64,000 nucleotides of DNA, from NCBI GenBank assembly GCA_951406725.2, contig OX597818.1, positions 72,726,001-72,790,000 on the forward strand, written 5' to 3'. Numbering within the stretch: position 1 is the stretch's first letter; every line of letters begins with the position of its first letter. Below the pieces are notes generated by a model, which saw nothing but the letters and a program-made list of their open reading frames with translations, was not told where the DNA came from and did no database searches. Shown here piece after piece: positions 52,502-64,000 of the stretch. This DNA is from Octopus vulgaris. Its lineage: Eukaryota. The position numbers were made by a program, and so were the translations under genes.

Positions 52502-53885
52502 TACGTATACACATGTATATAACACGTGTGCATATGTGTTAATGCACATTTAATTTAAAGAACATTGTACTTGTATACCTACACATGTGCATACACACAC
52601 AAACACACACAAATATACTGTGTGTATATATAAGTCACAATATATTGGCTCAAGTAATCCGTTAGTACTCATAAGAAGGCTTCTTAATGTATCATTCTAC
52701 AAAACATAGAATATATAGTATGATATAAGAGAAAACAATAAGGAGTATATAAAATATCATAAATGACAGAGAAATAGTTTGATGAAATGTTAACAATTAG
52801 CAGTGCGAGTTGAAGAAGAACTTACACGCCACACACAATGCATTCCGGCGTTGGCCGGGTCGTTGATTATAATAACACCACGACCAACTGGTGTGCATCC
52901 CGACCAATGAAGGGCGGACTCATGTGTGTACGTGACATTAATTTGCCCTTGCATAGATGTGCGGTGTTGTTCTTTTCACTGGGGTTATCGGGTCAGACAA
53001 TTATTTTCCATCGCACCACTCACGTTATAGTACACACACAACCACTGTGAAAAATAACGAGTTTGTAGCAAAATCATTACGAACTTTGCGACATATGTAA
53101 TTAATGATAGGCATGAATATATACTAATAACGATAAGCAACTTTGCATAAATTGGTTTGAATAAAGAGAAACATATTAACCGCAAATAACCACGAAAGGT
53201 TTTAGTCATTGTTTCACGTCTTTACCACATTTGAACGAATATAGGCTCTTACTGTGCTTAATCCTTGGAGAAATTTTATTGAATTTTAGGCCGAGAATGC
53301 TGGTTTACCACTCCTGAGTCGTTTCCTACCACGACAATCTAATTAGACAAATTGTTTTCGGTAGTAATATCAGAAGTGATCACAATTATTCAAGAAACAC
53401 CCTACATTAGTCAATTTCATGTTGAAAGTAGGGCTTTCTGCAAAGGTATCATAATACTTCAATGACATTGTTTTATCATAGAAAACTGAAACCGTTCACA
53501 TTACCAGTTAGGTGTGGCACAAAGGCTATTATTGACGGAAAATGTGCCAATAGTTGCTAAAAAAAGATGGTTTCGGTCATTTTCCGTTGACAAATAGGGT
53601 TTTATGCATTACAAATGCACTTACAACACCTTTTGGACACTGCTGCATTTTTTGACACCGAAAACATTAAAATTAGGAACGTAGTTTAGAAGCAAATCCA
53701 AATATTTCCCGAAAATAACCTAAAAATTTGCGACCCGACCTCCTTTTCAAGGTTATTTTTGTAGTAAAAGAGAGTTGTGCAAAAAACATACTTCATTTGG
53801 TGACGGAAAAATTTCTGAATCTTTTGATACCTGATACGTCAAACTCAGCAACTCAGTTTTTGAATCCATAAGGAGTATACGCACT

Positions 53886-53920
<35 letters not shown>

Positions 53921-54401
53921 TACGCACACGCACACACACACACACTCACACTGTTTTATATATATATAGATAAGAAAATTCAAATACGACAAATTATTTT
54001 GTAACTTACAAAACATAAATTGTTTATATTATTATATTTAATAATAAATGAATTACTTATATGTCTGCATGAATACAAAATGTAAAATATCTTTTAAAAT
54101 AATGCAGAATGTCAGCTACGTCCACGACTGAAAGAAAATCTTTGTTAAATGCTAACTTCTAGACCTAACGTTACAAAAATATAAATTCATCATTTACAAG
54201 ATTATGGAAGATAATAATAATAAAATAACGTAAAATAGTAAAACTATTGTCTAATAAATAGAAAGAAAGCTTAGGAATATAATTTAAAAAGTAAGTAATA
54301 ATATAAAATATATATTTTTCAGTTACAAAACAATTTGTTGTAATATTTGAATTTTCATACTACTAAATAAAATTTCATCAAATTATTTCTGTCATTTATG
54401 A

Positions 54402-54490
<89 letters not shown>

Positions 54491-55619
54491 TGTGTGTGTA
54501 TGTGTGCTTGTGTGCATGTGTGTGTGTGTGTATTATACCATCTGGAAACAGAAATATTCCTTCTCCAATCACGAAAAGTGCGATAAAAGATTCAAAACCA
54601 TTGATGCACTCATGTTTTCTGTAATTTTGGAACGAAGTCATAGTCAATGTCACGAACAACTACAACAACTATGGAAAGAAGAGAACAAACGAGAAGAGGA
54701 AAAATCCACAAACATATAGTAACAAGAGAGGCGTGGTTCATTATTACGAAAATAAGACCACTATGGATGAAAATCCATTATGTAAACACAGCTACAAGAA
54801 AAATATTCAGAAAATTCAAAGAAATACATGGAAATCGATACCAGAGGAGCCACAAATGATATCAGGCTTCCAGTTGTGGAAAGATAAATGTGGAAGTTAA
54901 CCCAAATGCAAACTAGAAATGTATATGCTAGAATGCCAAAGCATAACTTTACCACAAACAAACACACAAGGCAGAGAAGGCAACCCTCCAAATGATAATT
55001 ACAAATACCCTAGATGGGCAAATATATGGGAAGAAAGCAAGGAAGAAATAAAAGTCATAATAAACATCATTCAAGCTTAAGAAATCCACGGCCAGCGACA
55101 AAAAATATCAAATTTTCCGAAAGACCTAACAGGCATAAACGATGATGAGAACCAGACAGACACAATATGCGACGTAATTCTAACAGTGATCATGAAATGT
55201 TCTCTCACCTACGAAGAAACAAAACCACAAGAAAGATGAAACGGGGCACACGATATTACAGCTTCTGTTCTAGGGAGAGCGTACTACAATAGGGTCGCAG
55301 ATCCAATGAAACCAAACATTTTAATACACTAACAAAATATTTAAACCATAAAACTATAGATTTATTGTTAAGAAAAGTCAACAAAAATGAAATGGATTTT
55401 TATAATTGAAATGTTTCAAATTTAACCCTAAACCTTCTTTTAATCTCTTAGAACTAAAAGCATACATTGAACATTTTAATCGCCACTTCCACCTCATAGA
55501 ATTTTTCGACGATAAGAATGTGTGATGAGTCAATTATCAGAGATAGATCCTATTTCACCCGTTACAGGGGGTGAGAAAAACATTCAATATATATATATAT
55601 ATATATATTAGAGAGAGAG

Positions 55620-55930
55620 TATTTCTAATATCCCTCTCTGCGCCCGTAAGTGCAAACAAGACCTTCACGAGAAGAAAAGAATGCCTTCCTAAAACCGAAG
55701 ATCAACTCGACCATCCTTAAAGGGAGCCGATAAAGGTCGTGCGATAGTGATCATGCTCATGGAGCATTAAGATAAGATATTGGAACATATAACAGACCAA
55801 AATTACTATTAAGAAGAAACAGGAAATCAAGAAAACACAATTTATTTACCAGTACCCCGACTCCTTCACAGATAAAGAAATAGACATCAATTTCAAATAT
55901 TTGGACACTAATTCCATATAGAATTTAGAA
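55620..55930 (+). mobile_element. Degenerate PLE RT N-terminal fragment (possibly extending back to ~54530)
   Basis: ..ADKGRAIVIM..DKILEH..NYY.., matching the PLE ADKG motif. Confidence 0.5.
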
Positions 55931-56665
55931 GGGGATCCTTCTTCCAAATAAATGCAGATATGAACTGCGCGATACAGAATCTCATGTGTTATATAACCTG
56001 CACCAATTGCAAAGAAAATTGTATTGGCGAAATATATACCTTTGCTAACATAAAAGGTTCCACACTTATACGAGATCATCGTGCAAAAAGAAATGCGCAA
56101 GCCTCTGTCGAGTAAACATCAGGTGATATGTGGAAACAACAGATTCATAATCTACAACTGCAAAAGAGATGGAGCAAAGCACGTGAAGGTAATGAAACTA
56201 CATTTTATCAAAAAATTCAAAACTAAAGTAATCGCATAAAAACCAGAAGAATATATTTATAAACACGTGACAAATCCTTATTAAGATATTCTTACTGACA
56301 TAAAAATAACTGGAAAATCTACTTATACATATATATATGTATACACGTACATATACATGTATGTATATATATGCATATACATATATGTATAAACATATGT
56401 ACACACATACATGTATGTATATGTATATATACATATACATACATATATAGACATATATATACGTACATACATACACATATACATACATATAGCACACCTT
56501 TCATGCAAGTCTAAAATTGGAAACATTACGTAAATTTTCACTTAACTTTGCTTAAACTGATGTTGCAAATAGAATTGGAATAGAAATAAGTATAACGAAA
56601 CATTAAACATGCGTTAAAGAATTTTCTTTTGTCTTCTTTTTATCGTTCTGTAAATAAATAAATAA

Positions 56666-56724
<59 letters not shown>

Positions 56725-56731
<7 letters not shown>

Positions 56732-57645
56732 AAGCATTGGTTATAGAATAAAATTTGGGTCAACGATTCTATATACAGCACCACCCCTCAATCATTTAAT
56801 CATATATAAAAATCAACATGGTTTTCAAGCACATAAAAATTAATTCATATACATAAAATCAAAGAAGGTAAAAATATATATTCGAAGAAAGTAAAAACAG
56901 AACGGCCTATCAAAAAGTGAGATATAAACGGCTAATATTTCATAAACTACCAAAATACCTAATTGACAAATATAAAATAGATAAAGATATGAATAAAAAT
57001 GAAATAAAATAAAATAAATGTCTCCCGACTAAAGACGTTTTTTCGGACGACTAAAATATTTTTTTAAAAATTAAAAATTTTTTAAAAAACATTTGAAAAA
57101 TGTCATTTACTTCCTTCACAAAAGTACGTTCAAAGTTCTTTTATTATGAACTTTTGGACGTACTTGTGCGGAGGGAATAAAAAATTTTTTTTCAAGATGT
57201 ATGTGCATGTGTCCTGTGGAAGTTTGTTTAGTTGAGAACTTTGGACGTACATGTGTGAGGGAAGTAAAAGAGTTTTTCAAATATTAAAAAAAAAAAAAAT
57301 TTTTTAAAGATTTTAGTCGTCTGATAAAACTATTTTAGCCGGTGGATATTTATTTTATTTTCTTTTTATTCCGATCTTTATTTTATATTTGTATGTTAGG
57401 TATTTTGGTAGTTTATGAAAAATTAGTTGTTTATAATAAACTTTTTGATAGGCCGTTATATCAGTATTTTAATTGGATATATATTTTTACATTCTGTGAT
57501 TTTATTTATATGTATTATGCTTTTTATGTGCTTGAAAACCATGTTGATTTTTATATATATGATTAAATGGTTGAGGGGTGGTGTTGTATGTAATGTCGTT
57601 GACCCAAATTTAATGTTTGTTCTATAACCAATGCTTCTTTATCTT
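56725..57645. repeat. Large diverged inverted repeat (~410-bp arms) between microsatellites
   Basis: AAAGAAGCATTGGTTATAGAA (~56728) vs TTCTATAACCAATGCTTCTTT (~57620-57640); homology continues inward to ~57140/57235. Confidence 0.8.
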
Positions 57646-57747
57646 CGAGTCATTTATATTTGAGCACTTCATTTGCAGTCCTATAAACTATTTTGTTTCT
57701 ATAAAAAGAGACAAATATTATCTCTTGTTGTATATATATATATATAT

Positions 57748-57811
<64 letters not shown>

Positions 57812-57866
57812 CATTGTCGATTTTTTTCCGTCTGTCTTTTCTTCTCTTGATATTTCCTTCTCCTAT

Positions 57867-57901
57867 GTTTCCGACGAAGAGCTCCGCTCGAAACGTTAAA
57901 C
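57867..57901 (+). ncRNA. Minimal hammerhead-like motif (CCGACGA+A core)
   Basis: GTTT-CCGACGA-a-GAGC tcc GCTC-GAAA-CG-TT-AAAC, in a module between (TG)n and (TA)n. Confidence 0.55.
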
Positions 57902-57982
57902 CCTCCTTCTTTCGTGAGCTTCCAATTATAGTATATTTGTTCCACAACATTGTTGTGTTTTTTGTGCTTTCATGTTTGGATT

Positions 57983-58018
<36 letters not shown>

Positions 58019-58087
58019 CTATTTGTATATGTGTATATATATGTGTATATATATGTATATATATATATGTATATATATATATGTATG

Positions 58088-58165
<78 letters not shown>

Positions 58166-59265
58166 GAGGTTATATTAACCTCGTGAATGAATGGTAGCAT
58201 TCAAGGAAATACTGGTTCAATACCTAGCATTTTGATGAAAGAAATTCCCTGAAATCAATATCTATATATATAAAGCATATAGTTTATATCCATTTAAAAG
58301 AAAAGAAAATGGCGATAAAGAAGTCGACAATTGTTTATAATTAGCAAGTTGGTCATCTTCGCCTTATACAACTATTTCATTTAATACTCAAGAATTTAAT
58401 TGAAATAGCTGTAACAATCGAAAATGAAGAATTTGCGAATAACAAACAATTGTTAACTTCCTTGTCTCCACTTTTTTCTTCTTTTATATATATATATATA
58501 ATCTCACTGACGGTTTCAGTATTATATTTAGCAATATTTATATTGAATATTTATATTCAAAATTTTCTTTTGTCAGTCTAATATTTTGTTAAAAATATTC
58601 TTGTTTTTCGATTCTTCGATTCTTGCTATATTAAGCATCTCCTTAAAAGGAAATTTCCTCTTGTAAATCTTACTCACAAGCACATGTGTTTATAATGCCA
58701 ACGTATCTGGGCTTGCCTAACCTTTTCTGTGTCAAATATTCACTATATCGTGTGTTGATGTGCTGATCGTAGTTATCATATTTGTTGTGTGACTTTATTA
58801 GGTGTACGTTCTGCTTAATAGTTTACAATAGCATTGTCTATATTTGTGATTTATGTCACCTATAATTAATAGTACTTTATAGTTTTAGTAGTCTTTACAA
58901 TTTGATGCTTGTGCTTGTGTTTGTGTGTGTAGTCTGTGTATTTCTTTGTAGAGTTTGTTTTAAATGTTTATAGTTTTGTCTAACATTTCATTGATTTACG
59001 TATTTATCGATATGAATATTATGAATATTACGAATATATGAAAATATGCATGCCTATATGAATGTATGTATCTGTGTATGTATGTATAAATATATATGCT
59101 TATACATATATAAGTATATATATATATACATATATATGTATACATACATATATATATGTATACATATATAAGTATATATATATATGTATATATATACATA
59201 TATAAATTTGTATATATATACACAGTATATGTATATATATATATTAGTATATATATATATATATG

Positions 59266-59351
<86 letters not shown>

Positions 59352-59431
59352 CATAGTTGAGTTGTGGGGTATCGCACGAGTGGAATTATATACGAAAGAA
59401 GGTTTGAAAATGCAATTTAAAAGATGTTTAT

Positions 59432-59476
59432 TTACTTAACCGGTTTCACTCTTTGGTAAAAGATTGTCAAAAGTAA
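59432..59476 (-). ncRNA. Minimal type-I hammerhead, U3/A8 core variant
   Basis: Minus strand: TTACTT-TTGACAA-TCTTT tacc AAAGA gt-GAAA-CCGG-TT-AAGTAA. Lies next to (TA)n and a ~130-bp direct repeat (59513-59640 / 59675-59800). Confidence 0.65.
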
Positions 59477-60389
59477 CATAGAATATTATGAATTCAAAAA
59501 AGTTTTTTACATAATTGCCATATTACATGTATATATAAAGTCTCTGGTTACAGGGACATGTTAAGGACATAAAGAAGTACAACAGTGTGATGAGAATATT
59601 TGAAAAAATGGGCAGAAAAGAATAAAACAAATATATTATTGGAAGTTTGGTTGCGTTAATTATTGGTTGTTGCAAATTGCCACATTACATGTATATATAC
59701 AGTCTTTGGTAACAAGGACATGTTAAGGACATAAGAAAGTACAACAGTATGATGAGAATATTTGAAAAAATGGGCAGAAAAGATTAAAACAAATATATTA
59801 TACATCTCCGGGTCAGTACAGAATATTATGAATTCAAGGCGAGCTTGTTTACTGACCTGTCCGTTTTAGCAGAAATGTAGAATTGAAAAAGATGTCCCGT
59901 TCTTTTCTTTTTTTGGCTTTCCTTCAAGCATCAATGATTTTGGGGTTAGGATGAGGTGAATATGTGTGTCTCTCTGCGTGTGTGTGAATAGATGTGTCTG
60001 TGTGCCTGTAGTATTTGGTCAGATGGCGTCTGTTTGTCAAGTGTGTGTGGTTGTCATGGTGTTGTGTGTGCGTGTGTGTGCGCGTGCGTGTGTGCGTGCG
60101 TGTGTACGCATGCATGAGTGTGGATGGCATTTGACATGGTGCTGCGTGTATATATATGTGCCTGTATGGAGGTGAGACTGGTGTGAGAGTGCGTGCCCCT
60201 GTGTGCGTGTACACACACGTATACAAGCGTCTGCGTGTGTGTGGGGGCTGTTTTTGAATGGTTCCAGGGTGGCGAAAATAGATGTGTGTTGCTTAAAGAA
60301 TTTTTGGGGGTAGGATGGTGTGTGTATATATGCGTGCCCGCCCGTGCGCGCGCGCGTGCGTGCGCGTGCGCGTCTACGCGTGTGTGCGG

Positions 60390-61304
60390 GCCATACACAC
60401 ACACTACATATACATACATACACACACACACACATCATACACACACACACTACACACACACATATCTGACCCCCCACACACACACACACACACACACACA
60501 ACACACAAATATAACATATATTTATATATAATATACACACATAACACACGCAACACACACACACCCAACACACGCACACATACATACATAATATAAATAC
60601 AACACAAATACACCTAACACATATATACATACAATACACATACACAGCATATATATAATACACATACACAATATATACATATAACATACATACACAATAC
60701 ATACATATAATATATATATATATAGACAATGCATATACATATATACATATATATAGTGTTTACATACACATACATAAATATACCACATATACACACATTA
60801 TACATACATACAATGTATACATATACACATACGCATACATATAACATATATATACACATAACATACACATACACAGTGCATACATATACATACATGCAAT
60901 GTATATACATGTATTCATGCATATATAACACACATACAATATACATATATACAATGCACTCATACACATCCATATACACATAATGTACACATACATATAC
61001 AACACACATACATATAATATACATATACACAATGCACATGCATATAATGCACATATATATACACACATATATATATATATATATTCACACATATACACAT
61101 ACATATATATATAATGCACACACACACACACACAAAATACATACATATAGCGTACACACACATATATATATATCTACATACCACACACACACAAACAATG
61201 TACTCACATATACACATATACACAATGCATACACACACACAACACACACATATATATACATATATATAAAACATATACACATATACACATACACACACAC
61301 AATG

Positions 61305-61346
<42 letters not shown>

Positions 61347-61380
61347 AATATATGTATATATAGTATATACGTATATAAAG
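60390..61380. repeat. ~1-kb cryptic CA/TA compound microsatellite
   Basis: Direct reading; source of many artefactual ORFs. Confidence 0.9.
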
Positions 61381-62114
61381 TTCTATGACTACTATTAAGC
61401 GAAACTCAGAAGTCACTTCACCCCACTTCTTGTAAAAGAATAATAGATATGTACGCTATATAAATTATCGTGTAACTCTTCATTTTAATGCTAAAATATT
61501 TAACTATAATTCGACATTAAAGTAAACATTAATACATGCACACATACACACAAAAACGAACACATACGCACAAAGACGAACACATACGTACAAAGGCACA
61601 CACATATACTCTCTCCCCCTCTCTCACACCCACCCACACGTATATAACACATTATATGTAAGTATATATGCACGTATGTATATATATATATATATATATA
61701 GTTATATGCGTGTATGTGTGTCTGCGTGTGCTTGTGAGCCCTCCACAAATTCCGTTAATGTAATTCATTCTTAAAACATTATTTAATTCGGTATTTACTA
61801 GAAATTATTTCGAAATAACTTGAGTACGGGGAGGCCTTAGTTCAGGTTGTTATTCATGTAGTTTTGTAGATCTTAACATCATTACCATAGTACTGTAGCT
61901 ACACTACAATATCTTAGCAATTGGCTTCTGCACTTCCCAAAATAAATATGAAGGAAGTGGGGTGAACGTATGAGCAAAGACCCACCTGAAATCCATCATA
62001 TAACAAATTTGTATTGTTATCATCCCTGGAATGCGGATTATGGTTACTAAAAGTATGTTAGTTGTAGAAACGCACGTAGCGGTACATTAAAACAATTATA
62101 AATTCTATTTTTGG

Positions 62115-62173
<59 letters not shown>

Positions 62174-62699
62174 GCTTTTACTTGTTTCAATCATTTGACT
62201 GCGGCGATACTGCAGCCCTGCCTTTAGTCGAACAAATCGACCTCAGGACCTATTGTTTGTAAGAATGGTACTTATTCTATCGGTCTCTTTTGCCGAACCG
62301 CTGCGTTACGGGGTCGTAAATACACCAACATCGGTTGTCAAACGTAGGTGGTGGACCAAACTCAGACACAAATATATATATACACGACGGGCTTCGTTCA
62401 GTTTCCTTTTGCCAAATCCACTTACAAGGCTTTGGTCGGCCCCAGGCTACACTAGAAGACATTTGCCCAACGTTCTACGCTGTGGAACTGAACCCGAAAC
62501 CATGTGGTTGGGAAGCAATCTACTTTATTTCATGAAGTTGGTCATGTAGGCCTTACATAGAGGGGACAGCACAAGGTGGGGACAAAAAACAAAAGGAATC
62601 GAAAGAATGAATTAATATAATGAAAGATGAAATGAAACTGTTCGGCCCGCACCCTCAAGCAACTTCATTGAACCTGTTAATACAACAGTTTTTAAACAC

Positions 62700-63990
62700 T
62701 AGTTTCTAACATAAATTTTAGCGACAGCTAATCATCATTGCTCTGAAGGATAGTTGCATTGTGCGTCTTTAAAATATCATAAGCACTTTCTTTTTTAGGT
62801 ACTGAGCTGGTGTCCAGTTTCTTGACCCAGCACTCATAGTCACTTTTTTCCTCAAAGTCCTTTAATCTTGCCACTACACAACGAAGGTACACGGGCATCC
62901 CTTTTACTCTTGATACATCCACGAGTCTATTTCGTTATACATTTCTTCATTTTCACCACTGTACACTATAACACATTTTTCCAAGGGTGAGGGTGGGGGA
63001 ATTGGAGGCTTCCGTGTGTTTATGCATGTGTTTATGTCAGGCATGGTATAGAAAGGGCTGATGTCTGCAGGGAATGTTTAGGGTCGAATGGGAGCTGGTT
63101 GGGAGCTGGATGGGGTCCTCCTTTACAGCGTGTGCCTTTTTTCCCTTCTCTTTTTCCTTGCCGTTTCCCATTCATTGTCCATCTTTTCTTCGACGCTGGT
63201 ACTGATCTTTATTTGCGGTACTGCTTCACACTCCTTTTCTTCAACCTCCACGAACACTGGAGCATCAACCACATTCTCATACTCTTGTCTCTCTTTAGTC
63301 TTCTCAAGTGGTAGAGGACAATTCGCTCTAATGTGGTATTTTATACCACATTTGTAGCACCGCGGAATCCTACTTTCCACTCTGACTTTCAAGGTTGCCT
63401 CTCCGACTGTGATGATCTCGACCATCACAGTCTTCTTCGGCAACTTGCACCACCATATCAAGGCTTTGTCCTTGCCGGTTCCTGTGGGGTGTTCTGGTGG
63501 CCTTGATGGCCACCACCTTCTCCTCCATGCCTAGCAGTATGCCAGCTAGCAGCCAAGATACATTTACTTCAGGAGGTATTCCCACTATCCTAACCTGGAT
63601 GCGCGTCTCCCAAGCCATACGGATAGCAGAAACCACTTAATCAGTTCTCAATGGTGTTACTGAATAAAACCTGGCGATTGCTACCTCCCGAAATCACACT
63701 AAATTTTCTATCTCTGGCGAGGTTTAAGCGCTTTTTCCACTTGAGACGTTGACATAACTTCAATCCTCCTGGCTGCTATCGAGTATGCTCTATAAATTAT
63801 AGATTTCTAATTTTTCTCCTTTAACACTTCTTGGGGGGGGGCACTTTCACGTCGTTCCCCTCCCTTTTAAGCATTTCCTTTAACTTGCTCAGCTCTTCCA
63901 GTTTTATTTTTTCAATTTTTTCTTCTCTCGTAGTCGCTGCATAATTTTTCTTGTCCATCCTTGCCCGTCTTGTTCAAGTACTCAGCCAAT
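62700..63990 (-). mobile_element. Tx1/L1-like ORF1 remnant with CCHC zinc knuckle
   Basis: QVRIVGIPPEV..ITVGEATLKVRVESRIPRCYKCGIKYHIRANCP; frameshifted. Confidence 0.65.
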
Positions 63991-64000
63991 TTATTTATAC

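Noticed and set aside
29222-64000. Upstream TM1-TM3 exons of the receptor
   Set aside because: No GN/LAxxD/CxxSIxNL..DR-type exon found by eye or in the ORF track; probably outside the window, though a short exon could have been missed.

Overview
AT-rich, microsatellite-saturated eukaryotic DNA. The SINE families and repeat style suggest an octopus/coleoid cephalopod, but this is an inference. The only host gene I can support is the 3' half of a D2-like dopamine receptor on the minus strand: two coding exons at 28180-29219 and 25155-25387. Its TM1-TM3 exons were not found, so 29.2-64 kb is probably one large intron. The rest is mobile DNA: a near full-length CR1-type LINE with CCCH zinc fingers in ORF1, a tandem/inverted Penelope-like element (PLE; RT + GIY-YIG), other PLE pieces, R4/Dong-like and Tx1/L1-like fragments, Tc1/mariner remnants and two abundant SINE families. 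The main hidden signal is a set of unrelated small non-coding modules, mostly inserted in (TA)n tracts, each carrying a minimal type-I hammerhead-ribozyme (HHR) fold. These folds have a palindromic stem III and variant cores (CTGANGA, CCGANGA, TTGANAA). They include a young 360-bp tandem-plus-inverted array (40161-41862) resembling a non-LTR retrozyme, a 485-bp one (1378-2350) and a tRNA-headed SINE carrying an HHR. All folds were read by eye, and catalytic activity is untested. Most short ORFs in the track are microsatellite artefacts.
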